From Eledone cirrhosa (taxonomy: Eukaryota), in NCBI GenBank assembly GCA_964016885.1, contig OZ024749.1:2914001-2978000 (forward strand): a DNA stretch of 64,000 nucleotides. Direction: 5' to 3'. The notes beneath the pieces are model-generated. The model was given only the letters and a program-made list of their open reading frames with translations, was not told where the DNA came from and made no database searches. The position numbers were made by a program, and so were the translations under genes. Shown one piece after another: positions 40,906-59,649 of this stretch (the stretch's first letter is position 1; every line of letters begins with the position of its first letter).

Positions 40906-41321
40906 AGGTACATCACGTTATCTTTACCAAAACGCAGTCACTGTACTCACCATATTAGTATACTGTGTGGTATGTGAACGTCGAGGTGCACTTTTACAAC
41001 TACAGGCTCGTTGTCTTATTGAGTGAGCAGGCCATGCCCGGAGATTGATGAAATGAACATCACTGGCTTTCGTAAACTTTATATATACTGATGAAGTCGC
41101 GTGGCTGAGTAGTTACAGAATTCGATTCACAATCCTGAGGTTTTGAGTTCGACGCCAGGACCGGGCGATGAGTTACGTTCAGCCTAGATTAGTTACCGAT
41201 ATAGTATTAGTAATTGGAAAGACTAATGGAAACATTGCTTCCTCTGCCCGACTGGACGAACTTCACACCACTCATTAAGCGAATGGGGTCTTATCGATAG
41301 ACTGTAATATGTATATATATA

Positions 41322-41424
<103 letters not shown>

Positions 41425-41769
41425 GTGCGTGTTGCGAGTAAAACATTCAATTAACTGATTGAAACTCGATGTTTGTCATCATATATTTTTAATTTCGCTG
41501 TGAATCCTAGGAACTGTCGTTATGCCCATAACATATGTGTCTGATACATAAACTGTTCATAAATGTGTTTGCTAATCTCAGTATAGATACCAAACTGCGG
41601 AAAAGTTCGAAACAATTGTTATTCGATAATAATAGAACAACAAACCAATTCATCTAAGACGGAATTTGGAATCAGAGGAGTGAAGCAAATGCCTGAGAAA
41701 ATTTTGACGTGTATTATATGTTATTATAACGTGTTACAGAGTAGGACATCGCCTTAGGGAACACACTAT

Positions 41770-42200
41770 CATTTTACAGAGTATTTTATCTTGTTACAGA
41801 GTACGTCTTCTCATAACAGAATAGGCCTTGTTATTACAGAGTACGTCTTCTTTTAACAGAATAGGCCCTGTTATTACAGGGTACATCTTCTTATAACAGA
41901 ATAGGCCCTGTTATTACAGAGTACGTCTTCTTGTTACTGAATAGGCCCTGTTATTACAGGGTCGGACGCCATGCTTTGCAGCACAGTTACGTCCCTTTAC
42001 GGACTGAGTTCAAATCCCGCCGAGGTTAACTTTGCCTTTCATCCTTACGGGGTCGATAAAATAAAGTACCAGTAATAGACTGGAGTAATTGCTGGCCTTG
42101 TGCCAAATGTAGAAACAGTTATTACAGGGTACGTCTTCTTGTTACAGAATAGGCCTTGTCATTACAGGGTACCTCTTCTTGTTACTGAATATGCCACGGT
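41770..42200. repeat. ~40 bp minisatellite (TTATTACAGAGTACGTCTTCTT.TAACAGAATAGGCCCTG) interrupted by a SINE at 41958-42117
   Basis: Direct reading; the array resumes after the SINE. Confidence 0.85.
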
Positions 42201-43120
42201 ATTACAGAAAACGATAACCTTTTACAGAATATGCCATTATCTTACAGAGACCAGCGTTTTTTTCTCCACTGACATTAACCACTATTTACATAAAATAAAT
42301 GATAAAATCTAGATCAATATATTTGACTCACTAAATGAAAGTATCACAATTCCGTGAATCTTCGTTGTCTGGCGAATAAGAAAACGTTTGATAAAATATA
42401 AAATTTTAATAAAATAACATAATATAATTGACAAATGAAATAATGAGAAATTCCGCACCTATATACACAGAAATAAAATCAAAACACATGGAAAACGAAT
42501 AATGTGAGAAATAGCGCGGAATATATTTGTCATGGTTGTTTTGCTAAATGAATATCGAATCCTAAAACTGAGTGTTCGTTGTTATATCCAAGCATGTTTA
42601 CTCGATCAACCTAATTTATCACTTAAACATCCCTCTTTCAACTCTACAGTATTTCTCTCTTCAACTACAGAAATATAAAGATATATAAAAAAAAGTAAAC
42701 TCACTGAAATAACAAACCAAGATAAAAAAGATGGTTTTTATGGATGAAAAAAATAAAACAAAACCAAACAACAACAACCGTAGCAGCGTCAACAAGATAC
42801 GTGAACATTCTAAGAGTAAAATTCTATGGAATATAATATAATATTAAAAAGAAAAAAATATTACAAGAATATGTGACTTCGGGCATTGAATCATTTTGGT
42901 GATTCTTGTTTATTTTGTCTGCGTAATATAGTGGATGACTATCTTTATGAACACCAGGAATAGCAGAAGCTTCGAGAATCAGTTTTGTTATTTTTTCAAC
43001 ATAGCCTTAAGCACTTTAGAGTGATTTATGGAAATTTCGTGGTGGTCTTTGTTTATTTTAATTCTCTTATTTTTATTCCGGTGTCATCTTGTCTTTTTCT
43101 CTTTACACTGATTGCAAAAT

Positions 43121-43170
<50 letters not shown>

Positions 43171-43172
43171 GA

Positions 43173-44278
43173 TGATGCGCAGACACGCGCTCAGGCTACG
43201 ACATCTCCACCTCTTCCTCGACGGTGATCAGGTGTGGTCGCCGTTTGCTAGACACGTATTTCCCCAGCTCGTTTCCTTGACGGAGCTGCAGTCCTGGATG
43301 AAGCGAAGACCGAGAGAGAGCGCCTGGAGACTGGAATGTCTTCAGGCGCTCACAGCCCTCGACCAATCGGGCAATGTGATCGGTGGAAACTCCACCTCGG
43401 CGTTCTATAGAGGATTAGTGGAGGGGAATACGACGACGTACTTGGGGAAACTCTAGGCGTCGACGAAAATCAACTAGCCAATCTCTTCGGAAGAAATTTC
43501 GGGCCGGGACCTATGGACAACTTCCAGAAATCTCTGGCCTGGCAGTGCTACCGAGTAGCCTTGCCAGTTCGGGATAAACTCTACAGGCATGGAGGTGCCG
43601 TCATCCAGGCATGTCCGAGATGTGCGCAGGGCGACGAAACCGTCCTGCACGCACTCGTGGGTTTACGTCGAACACCTGCTATCGCGTGTAGGACGGATCC
43701 AGCTATCATCGGAGTCCATCGTGAGGATTGCCCCGCCCTCTTTCTTTAGCCGGGAAGGGCAGGCAGTTTTTATCTGTCTGGTGGCCATGGCGAAAGAGAT
43801 AGTATGGTGGACACGTTTGAAAGGGCTGAAGACGAGCCCTAACCTCTTCGGTGATGCCCTGATAGACTTTTTCAAATTTCATTTGAAAAGGAAAATCAGA
43901 GTAGAGAGGGAAGTGCTCTCTTCCCAGCATTTTGTTGAAAGATGGGAGAGAGAAGCAAGAATGGCCTGAGTGAATGGGCCTACTCTGAGTACGTATCTGT
44001 AAATTAAAGGTGGAAAACTGGGAGAGGGCACTTGCCTTGGTGGTCAGGGCCACTGTGGCCTCTTACAGGGCTTTCTCGACAAATGTCCCTCCGAAGTCCC
44101 CCCCCCCCCTATTGGGGAATTTTTCATTGTTATTTTTTTGTTACATCCTCTGTTTTTGTTTTTTACACGCAGAAAAGCCCATTTGTACCGTCCTGTATTG
44201 TCCTGCACTGTCCTTAATGTCTACTTTATGTAAAACCTTGTGGTTAATAAAGAAATCATTATTAATAAATAAAGAAAT
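43173..44278 (+). mobile_element. 3' end of a Tx1/L1-clade LINE inserted in (ATT)n
   Basis: KSLAWQCYRVALPVRDKLYRHG...CPRC...DETVLHAL zinc-finger region, then KEIVWWTR; AATAAA tail; (ATT)n on both sides. Confidence 0.75.
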
Positions 44279-44311
44279 CATTATTATTATTATTATTATT
44301 GTTGTTATTAC

Positions 44312-45850
44312 TCTTTGAGTCTCAGTCATTGATTTTAGTTATCTGGAAAGTTTGTTGAAATGAATATCAAGCCACTACCTGCAGCCTCATATATTCAGGA
44401 CGTATCGGAGGGTTTTTGCTGTTCCCAGCAAGCATGCCTTTTGAAGCGTTCCAAATAGCGTGAAGGGGCCAATTTTCTTTAACCATCCCTGGAAACCTTT
44501 TGAGATAGTCCCTAGTGCGCCTATGACAATCGGGATCACTTTGACTTCATGGCAGTTCCAAATACATTTTACCTCCCACTTTAAGTCCTGGTATCGGTTA
44601 ATTTTCTCCCTCTCCTTCTCTTACACTCTCGTGTCGAATGGGCAGGCCACATCCACAATCAGGCACGATCTTTTTTCTTTGTCCAAAACCACCAGGTCAG
44701 GTCTATTGTGTTCCAGTTTCTTCTATTGTGTTCCAGTTTCTTGAATTGCATACATATATCATTGCTGAAAATACGGACAGTGTCAACAAGCACATCCAAC
44801 TCCTTCTCACTCTTCCCGAAGAGCTTAAGATCGTCCATGAAGAGGAGGTGATTGATGGTAAGCCCTCCCTTTCCCAACCTGTATCCTGCTCTCACTTTTC
44901 GCAGTACACTGGTCAGGGGCATCAGGGCAAGGACAAACAACAGAGAGGACAGACTATCTCCCTGGAAGATACCTCTCTTGATCTTCACGCTTACCAAGGA
45001 TTCTCCAGTTGATGTTAACTCTGTTTCCCAGGACTTCATACTTTTGCCCAACAACTGTCTGATGTTATCTGCCACCTTGAAGATTTCCAGGCTTTTGGTG
45101 ATCCAAGAATGAGGCACCATGTCAAATGCCTTTTTGTAGTTTATCCATCCCATGGCAAGCCCAGTGTGTCTCCTCTTGCAATTCCTCATTACCATCTTAT
45201 CAATAAGTAGCTGGTCCTTTGTACCACGTGACTTCTTTCGGCATCCTTTCTGTTCGTCCGGCAACAAGTTGTTTGTGTGGAGGTGATGGTAGATTTCCTC
45301 AGACATAATGCTTGTCAACAGTTTCCACATTACGGACAGACATGTGATAGGTCTAAAGTTGGTAACATCATTACCCTTGATTCGGTCTTTCATTATCAGA
45401 ACTGTGGTACCTTTTGTCAAACACTCTTGTACCTCACCTGACATCAAGCAGTCATTGTACATGGCTGTCAGTTTCGGGTGGAGGGATGTTATATTTTTAA
45501 TCCAATACCCCTGCACACTATCTGGGCCAGGTGATTTCCAGTTGGTTAGTTTTTTGGCCTGCCCCTTAAGAGTTTCAACTGTGATACTGAAATCAGTTTG
45601 TTGGTGTTCCTGTTCACTAATCTCCTTCTGTACTGTCTCAATCCACACTGCCTGGTCATTATGTTTAACATCCTGCTCCCATATTCCTCTCCAGAATGTT
45701 TTAGTTTGTTCCGCCTCAGGGATCAAGTCGTTGCCTCTTTCTTTCCCTTCAAGCTGTCCAAACACCATCTTCTGGTTGTTGTCGAACATGCGGTTCTGTC
45801 TATACTGGCTGACTCTGCTCTCGTATCGCCTGATTTTTGCACTCTTTGCT
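44312..45850 (-). mobile_element. 5'-truncated R4/Dong-like non-LTR retrotransposon (RT + restriction-like endonuclease) in (TAA)n
   Basis: ORF 44659-45789: KSPGPD, FRPITCL, YKKAFD, RGIFQGDSLS, LFMDDLKLF; downstream frame has DLVVLDK..C.IVDVACPFD...EK..RYQDL..IPIVIGALG...LQKACLLGTA. Confidence 0.9.
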
Positions 45851-46319
45851 ATTATTATTATTATTATTATAATATGTAGTAATGGAATGGTATAATTGTT
45901 GCTCTGTTCCTGTTTTCCTTTTTTTTTCGCAATTCATTTATTTTCCAGCCCAATAAAAACAGTATCATCTGTACCTAGCCATGTAACTATCGACACTACA
46001 TCATTGTTGTTACAACATATGGAATCACACAATCACCGTCACCGCCATCACCATCATAATTCCGCCAATCACCCCCATCCACGCCACTAAAACATCCCCC
46101 ATCCCGCCATCACAACCATCATCATCAACATCTGCACCATCATCAGCAACACCACTTTCATTATCAACACCACCAACAATACCAAAATCGTTATCATTAT
46201 CATCCCCATCATCAGCTTCATCAGGGACACAAACTTCTAGCACCGACTCCATCAATATCAACACCACCACACCAAGAAAAACTGCAACATCACCACCACA
46301 ACTCCCACATTGATCAATA

Positions 46320-46960
46320 CCATAACCACCAACACCACTACCAATACACCACCATCACCTCTATCAATCTTACAGCCATGACCACCAACACCAACACCAT
46401 CACCACCAACACCACTGCCAATACACCACCATCACCCCTATCAATCTTACAGCCATGACCACCAACACCAACACCATCACCACCAACACCACTACCAATA
46501 CACCACCATCACCCCTATCAATCTTACAGCCATGACCACCAACACCAACACCATCACCACCAACACCACTACCAATACACCACCATCACCCCTATCGATC
46601 TTACAGCCATGACCACCAACACCAACACCATAACCACCAACACCACTACCAATACACCACCATCACCCCTATCGATCTTACAGCCATGACCACCAACATC
46701 AACACCATCACCACCAACACCACTGCCAATATACCACCATCACCCCTATCGATCTTACAGCCATGACCACCAACACCATAACCACCAACACCACTACCAA
46801 TACACCACCATCACCCCTATCGATCTTACAGCCATGACCACCAACATCAACACCGTCACCACCAACACCACTACCAATACACCACCATCACCCCTATCAA
46901 TCTTACAGCCATGACCACCAACACCAACATCAATACCCTCACCAACAACACCACTACCAA
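46320..46960. repeat. 77 bp CA-rich minisatellite, ~8 copies
   Basis: TCTTACAGCCATGACCACCAAC recurs every ~77 nt. Confidence 0.93.
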
Positions 46961-48184
46961 TAGCCCAACATCACCTTTATCAATATCACCGCCATCACCA
47001 TCAACACCCTCACCTTTTCCATAATTAATTTATTCGAATTAAAATTATCATTTTATATTAAGAATCCTTATAGTCCTAAATATGGTACACTCCTTTTTCA
47101 AAAATCTAGGTTCATTTCATGTAAACCTTGTTTTTCAACAAATCTCCTTCGATTTCATTGGAAGAGAAGGGAATCGATATCATTTGCTTCGGCTTTTTAC
47201 CTCCTGAGTTCAAATCTTGGAGATTCCAAATTTGCTCTTCACCCTTTTGGGATCGATATCCTAAATTATGTAAAAGGATCAATTTGATTGACCATCACCT
47301 CCCAACATTGCTGACCTTGTTTTCGACATAAAATCATTATTATCGTCATCCTCATCGTTGTTTGTCTTGTATGCAAGCAAGTGCACAGCGGTATGGACAT
47401 CCACGTCTTGATGACTCCCATAGAATATAAAGTTATCTCGGGAGAGAACGGCATTGGTGGAGAGGAGAGCAAGCCAATCTAATTGTTGGTGCAGAGCATA
47501 CGTCGCAATAACCTCACACGTGATGGATAGCTCACCCAAAAGTCTCTTTCTCAGAAGTTGGAAATAAAATGAAATGCGAGTGGTAGAAAACATCAACAAC
47601 ATAATAGAGAGACGCCATCCCTGAGCTCGCTACACTGTTTAGTTACTAATTCTGGCAGATGCTAGAATAGGTAGATCGGTGCCAAGACAATCGCCTTGTT
47701 CTCATTAGCATGGACTGGTATGAACCAGAGCTGAAATTACTATTCAGCTTACTTCTTATACATATGTTCCTTTAAATATATGTTTTACATAATCTGCTAT
47801 CAAGCCATTGGTGTAATTCTGCACAAAATATTCCGACGGATCTACAACGAGAGCCATTTTACTATTGCCACAACAAATACTATCACATAAACCTTCTCCC
47901 TAAATTCAAATTGCCTTTATCCTAATAACTAATATGAATTCAAGATAAATTTACTATTAGATTTGTTTCTCCTGAATGTATTAATCTAGTAAATATCATA
48001 TAGGTATTATTATGTTTTCTTAAACTGTTATATATAACATATGCCCTATAGATTATACGCAAGCTTATATGTAAGTGTGAATGCACATTTAGATATATGT
48101 GAGTGTCTATGTATTCATGTGCATGTATACAAACATGCGTGTCTTTCCAAACATATAAATATATATATATATATATATATATTT

Positions 48185-48512
48185 AAATGAATAGAGGTGT
48201 AACACACGAGTTATGATATATTGGTAAACGGAAAAGAAAATGCTGACAAATTGTTCCCAGTAAAAATTATTAATAGTATTGGATAGTATTCAGTTTTGGT
48301 TTTAAGTTTTTACCGGTTGCGCATTTCTAATGCTTTTCAAAAATAATTTTCTCAAAATTATTTTTGAAAAGCATTAGAAATGCGCAACCGGTAAAACTTA
48401 AAACCAAAACTGAATACTAACCAATACTATTACTAATTTTTACTTATTCCTAATTAAACTATTTTTCACTGGGAACAATTTGTCAGCATTTTCTTTTCCG
48501 TTTACCAATATA
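48185..48512. mobile_element. Near-perfect palindromic element (arms 48216-48350 / 48354-48512, 3-nt loop CTC) with a variant HHR motif in both arms
   Basis: Arms are reverse complements apart from a ~25 bp indel; flanked by (TA)n. Confidence 0.9.
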
Positions 48513-48799
48513 TATATATATATATATAAAGGGTAGGCTCAACAGATCATAGACTGAATAGGAAGACATGCTGCTAGAGCTGGAAAATTTTGCATGCATT
48601 AATTTCAACTCTTATTAATAACTGCATTTTTTCTTTCCAGGGAGCATCTGGAAAAAATAAACTTCATTTAGACATTCCATGCGTCCATTTGGGTCAGCTT
48701 ATGAACTTTCATGCGACCTTCAGATGTATGTGTTTCAAGAATCGACAAGATCTCGGAATTCGTTAAATCGGACCAAGGAAACATTTCCATTGGTCTTTC

Positions 48800-48960
48800 A
48801 ATTTGCTATTACTATCTGTCTGTCGTAACTCCGGGCAGAAGGAGCAACGTAAAATAAAGTGCCTTGCCCAAGGACATAACGCATCGCCCGGTCCGGCGAT
48901 AGAACTCACATCCTCACGATTGCGATTCCAATTCTCTAACCACTCAGTCACGTGCCTTCC
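48800..48960 (-). mobile_element. Second tRNA-derived SINE family; head fragments at 41097-41180 and 24545-24590
   Basis: Minus strand GTGACTGAGTGGTTAGAG...GTGAGTTCTATCGCCGGACCGGGCGATGCGTTATGTCCTTGGGCAAGGCACTTTA. Confidence 0.75.
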
Positions 48961-49050
48961 ATTGTGTGTAAATTTATTTATATTAATACATGTATACATA
49001 CATACACACATACATATATATATATATACATATATATATGCGTGTGTGTG

Positions 49051-49090
<40 letters not shown>

Positions 49091-49120
49091 TAGCTGGCCC
49101 GTCCGGCTGGCGTCCGGCTA

Positions 49121-49320
49121 NNNNNNNNNNNNNNNNNNNNNNNNNNNNNNNNNNNNNNNNNNNNNNNNNNNNNNNNNNNNNNNNNNNNNNNNNNNNNNNN
49201 NNNNNNNNNNNNNNNNNNNNNNNNNNNNNNNNNNNNNNNNNNNNNNNNNNNNNNNNNNNNNNNNNNNNNNNNNNNNNNNNNNNNNNNNNNNNNNNNNNNN
49301 NNNNNNNNNNNNNNNNNNNN
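49121..49320. other. Assembly gap (200 N)
   Basis: Run of n. Confidence 1.
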
Positions 49321-49374
49321 CCTCCCTCTGTTTTTCTTTCTCTCTCTGTTGATGTGTGTGTGTAGTTTTCCTAA

Positions 49375-49443
<69 letters not shown>

Positions 49444-49822
49444 GTGTATATATTGTAGAGAGATACGGAAACTGAAACAGTGTTGTCATATAGAGAGTGA
49501 AGAGCGACATAAAGAATAAAACAGTTATAGCGAGGGGGAATTATCTTACATACATATAAAGTATAGATATGTGTGTGTGTTTGTGTATGTGTGTTTGTGT
49601 GTGCGTGTATGTGCATGTGTGTGTCTGTGTGTTTTGCAATTGGCGAAATCAGGTGTGAAAGTATGTGCATTTGTGTGTGTGTGTGTGTGTTAGAGAGGGA
49701 GAATGATCTATTATAGAGAGAAGGAATAGCGACGGAGAGAGTAAAGTTAAGAAACTATAGGGAGGTGTGTAGGATACATACATAATACATACACATGACA
49801 CGCAACTTTATATATATTATAA

Positions 49823-49858
<36 letters not shown>

Positions 49859-50429
49859 TTGGGTGGGTGGGTGTGTGCGTGCGTGTGTGTGAATGTGTGT
49901 CTAACAAAGGTTATATGATACATAGGTCTTAATATTCGGTTTAGATACAGATTCGGGCTAGATACAGTAATGCTATATTCGCTTCTTTGATAATTCATTC
50001 AAAAACAATACCAGCTCTCACTCTCTTCCATTTTTCAATCTCTGTCTCTTTCTTTCTCTTTCTTTCAATCTACTTCTCACAGCCTCTATGTCTGTCTCTC
50101 TATATTTCTCTCTCTCTTTATTTATGAAGGTACCCAGAAAAAAAACCGTATATCCGGATCTCATGCTCCGGTTTATGCGAAACTTGTTTTATTCTATTTG
50201 TATTCCCACTTCAGAAGCAACTTTCTTTCAAAGTATTGTCCCATTATACGCACTTTTTGTCGTATCAAATTACAGACAAGCGCACAATCACATAGATTTA
50301 AGAGTATATATATATATATATATAATGTATATGTATTAGTTATTTCAGGAAACTTTCCATAGTTTGTGTATTTACAAATTATACCTCCTGCGGCAGATAG
50401 TTAACAATGTTTTAGAAATGTTTTTTTTT

Positions 50430-50489
50430 CTTCTTCTTCTTCTTCTTCTTCTTCTTCTTCTTCTTCTTCTTCTTCTTCTTCTTCTTCTT

Positions 50490-50518
<29 letters not shown>
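50430..50518. repeat. (TTC)n
   Basis: Direct reading. Confidence 0.97.
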
Positions 50519-50520
<2 letters not shown>

Positions 50521-50788
50521 AATTAAGCGATGAGAAAAGTAATCACGAGGAGGGTAATGATATTCATAATATTTATTATATTACTAATGCTAAGTCGAAT
50601 CACATTATTAATTGTAACGATAGGAATAATGGTAATTACTGAGCTAATAGGAATTTCAAGAATAATAATTATCCGTTCTAATTTAGCCACAAGACCAGTA
50701 ACTTTAGGTGAGGGATATATTGATTACATACACCCATAGACCCACAGAACTTCTCACACTATATTTAATCGGCCACACTGGCATGATT

Positions 50789-50836
<48 letters not shown>

Positions 50837-50941
50837 ACACATTTAATATAGAAATCGTTTCTGCAGGACTAGAAGTATTTCATTCGAAAGAAATCGCCGT
50901 GAATTCCCTGGGACTTACACACACACACACACACACACACT

Positions 50942-51057
<116 letters not shown>

Positions 51058-51309
51058 CAGCATGCATGTTCAATGTTTACTGAAGAGATTGACTGATTTA
51101 ATTCAGTAATTAAAACATTTTAAATGTTAAATTATATTTTCTCTTTATCAACCGAAACCGTGGGCAAAGCAATTATTATTTAATTTACCAACTATCATAT
51201 GAGTAGATTTGCGGTTGACTTTGTTTTACTATAGTATACGCTATTATACCAAACCAAATTTTCGTAAATCTGAAAATTCTGATCGTAGCCCTTATGTTGC
51301 TAGAGCTGA

Positions 51310-51467
<158 letters not shown>

Positions 51468-51839
51468 CGGCGTTGATGTAAGTTTTGCGAGTTTTTTTAT
51501 ATGAAATCGTGTGTCGAAACAAATATTGTTATACTTGGGGAGGGTCATATTTGTGTAATATTGCCAGAATTAATAATAGAACACACTCACTGTTTGGTTG
51601 GTTTTCGCTTCTGTGACTTTTATATCGGTAATCTAATTTATTCGGTCCTCAATGGTGCCATTGACTGACCGACGGTCAAAAATAATACGGATACAATATA
51701 GACACAAACACATATATATAGTTTATCAAAGTTCTTTCGTTGCACATCTGCAAAATCGTCAGTGGGGCTATTGTTTCCCCCCGTTACATTGTATGTCTAC
51801 GCCATTTTTATTTAGTCTATAATTTAGTCTATAATTATA

Positions 51840-51919
<80 letters not shown>

Positions 51920-51956
51920 ATTATATATATATATATATATGTATATATATGTATAT

Positions 51957-53645
<1,689 letters not shown>

Positions 53646-54025
53646 CTGTACACACGAATAGGAAAAGACAGAGAGTACAGATGAGTTTTTGAGAACAAAA
53701 TGCATGTAACAAGGAGGGCAGTGTACTCAATACGTGTATAATGCCAGACAAGCGTCTGTAAACAAATAGATACTTTTTAAAGTACTTTAATTGCATTTTC
53801 TCTTACCTTAACATTTATATATATATATATATAGATATATATATATATAAATAAAATAACAGGAGGCTGGACTCCTGTTATTTTAATTATAATTAACTCC
53901 TTATTCGCACCACCAACTACACAAACGAAGATGGGTGAACTGTACTACGTTGAGTACTCTCCACAATATTACACCAATAATGACCATACGGAATGACCAG
54001 CTCTATCCAATGGTGAACCAACAAA

Positions 54026-56910
<2,885 letters not shown>

Positions 56911-56947
56911 TACATATACAAATATTTATATATATATATATATATAT

Positions 56948-57283
56948 ACGATATTAAATAAATGGAAACTATATTTATAAAACCATATTTATTTCATTAT
57001 ATATATTTCAGGGATATCATATTAACAATATGTTATGCCTTCTTCAGACAAAATACAATATAGACAGTTTTATAGATAAATAGATTTGACATACCGTTCA
57101 ACATCGACTTGTATTTGAAAAAGTTGATTTGGCAGAAATATATATAATGAAATAAATATGGTTTTATAAATATAGTTTCCATTTATTTAATATCGTAAAT
57201 ATACTCCAAATACTTGTTGAGTGCTTTTATATCAGTTATAAATATTTACTAGTTGTAACCCAACAATTTAAATATAACTTTCC

Positions 57284-57285
<2 letters not shown>
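56948..57285. mobile_element. Fold-back element, perfect ~62 bp arms (56948-57009 / 57135-57196), minus-strand HHR at ~56998-57053
   Basis: Minus strand TTTTGT-CTGAAGA-AGG..CATATT..AATATG..CCT-GAAA-TATATA. Confidence 0.88.
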
Positions 57286-57351
<66 letters not shown>

Positions 57352-57635
57352 ATGTGTGTTAACCTGTTTAGCTTGATTCGTTTGTTCGGCTACGGTGGTA
57401 AGTAAGGTACCTAATACAAAGTATATTATAAATATTTAATATAGAAAAGCTTCTACAACAGGTTTTGAACTGTTTCATTCAGGGGAAACCATCAGGGATT
57501 CCTGATATATATATATAAAATAACGGAATTAAGGACTCGCGTTTATCCCTGTAATTTAATGACCTTATTTACTGTAATGCACTGGGTAGTTGCTGGCCTT
57601 GTGCCTAAAGTAGAAACAATTACTGGGATCTTCAT

Positions 57636-58163
57636 AATACAATATAGAGAGGCGAAAACACGAAAGAGTATGATTTCAATTACAGGGGTAGAAGCCACTA
57701 GATGGAAAAACATAAAAATCTACAAAAGATATTGGAAATACATTATAATTATAGAGATAAATAAAATGCAAAAACCCACCTCTATAACTATACAACACCT
57801 GTACAGACTCGGAGAGAATATTTCGCCATAAAGAATCATATCATCTCAGGGTTAGTCATCAGCTGTAAAGAAGATATGTCCAACACTTCTAAATATGGGT
57901 CATATCTTTTTTACACCTGCTGAAGAGCCCTTGGTCGATTTGATTCTTACACTGTTTATGGCGAAACCTTCTCTCTAAGACTGTACAGGTGTTGTAGAAT
58001 TATAGAGGTGGTTTTGTGCATTTTAAAATATCTTTTTAATTATAATGTATTTCCCATACCTTTCGCAGTTTTTATGTTTTAAATTCTATTGGCCTTATAC
58101 CCCCAACATTCTATTGGCCCTATAATTGAAAACATACTCGTTCTTGTTTCCTCCTCTCTATAT

Positions 58164-58167
<4 letters not shown>
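57636..58167. mobile_element. Fold-back element with ~245 bp diverged arms and two opposed HHRs
   Basis: TACAACACCTGTACAG versus CTGTACAGGTGTTGTA; CAATATAGAGAGG versus CCTCTCTATATTG; loop ~57879-57900. Confidence 0.85.
57913..57992 (+). ncRNA. Type-I hammerhead ribozyme with canonical core
   Basis: ACACCTG-CTGAAGA-GCC..GGC-GAAA-C..G-TA|CAGGTGT; 7 bp stem I, G10.1-C11.1 intact, GUA site at 57983-57985. Antisense partner at ~57795-57868. Confidence 0.82.
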
Positions 58168-58210
<43 letters not shown>

Positions 58211-58337
58211 TGACATATTGACGGCCGCTACCCGGACTGGCAACTGCTAATATCTTTTGGCAGTCTTCTCGTCTTGGCCTCACTCTACTTTTAGCACCTT
58301 GGATTGTGTCTATTATATTCCTTTGTTAAATTTCGGA

Positions 58338-58395
58338 ATACCTGATGATGCCACCGGATTCATACTGAACCCGGTCATTGAAATGTTCATAGTAT
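58338..58395 (+). ncRNA. Type-I hammerhead ribozyme motif
   Basis: ATAC-CTGATGA-..ACCGGaTTCAtacTGAAcCCGGT..-GAAA-TGttCA-TA|GTAT. Confidence 0.75.
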
Positions 58396-59569
58396 AATAA
58401 ACCTTTAAGGAATTACACCAGTCCAGCCTCCTGTCATTTTATAATATATATATTTATATTTATTATATATCTTGTGATTCAATAAGATTTATAAGTTAAA
58501 ATATGTGGAATAACGAATATGATAGAAGGACTTCCATGTTTTTACTACAGGACATGGCTGCAACGAACTATATATCCGTAGTGAAAATTGCTTCAGGTGC
58601 AAAGCTAAATTCTGAAAACAATGACGTACGAAAGATCTTTGAAATTATTTTTAAAATGTTTTAAGCTAAAACAAATAAACAAACCGGAATAATAGGGAAT
58701 GTACAATGATTAAACGTTTGGGAATGTAGACAAAACAGGAAATGCCCCTGAGATTAATTAGAGAGAAACTTGTATCTCATAGGATCTATAATATCATATT
58801 AAATATAATGACGTCGACATTTCTGAACGGCACAAATAATTATATCACCGAATAAAGAAACAGACTCTTCACTCTGAGACTAAATTGACAATGTTGTTAA
58901 ATATGATTTTCTTTATTAGACATTATTTAATTAAATATTTTCTGACACATCATATTTCGCCAAGAGGGTAGAATATATTAAATATTAAACATTGAAAAGA
59001 CTCCACAGGTTTCAAGGAATATCTCTCATTAAATACGAAAGAAGAATTATTGAACGTCGGCTAGTTTTATTATTGAAAAATAACAATAATAATGTAGCTT
59101 GTTGAGTCGCATAACAAATAACAAATAAATTATTGCCCTCCTTTACTTCATATACTTCATATATATATATTATATATTATAATAATTGTTTCTACTTTTG
59201 GCACAAGGCCAGCAATTAACCAGTGCATTACTGGTACTTTATTTTATCAACCCCGTAAGGATGAAAGGCAAAGTTAACCTCGGTAATAGAATAATAATAC
59301 ATGTGAAGACTAAAATCCAAAGATGGTTCGATAAGGAAAAATATATATCAAATATATAAGAACCCTAGAGCAAATATTTATTAAAATAACAGATTAAAGT
59401 TTAAGCAAATAGTCGCTGCTTTCACCATTAAGGGGATCTTCTCAGGATCATCTGGTCAACGAAATTTTAACGGGATCTTCTGGTCACCAGAAAAGATATA
59501 AATACCATCATATTACATGAACAGTCAGCTTCCTAATGATTTCTCACGTAGAAGCTCTTCTATATTAAA

Positions 59570-59649
<80 letters not shown>

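Noticed and set aside
47355-47740. Possible LINE 3' remnant on the minus strand
   Set aside because: GC-richer island ending in a trinucleotide-like tail, but no motif I can identify with confidence.
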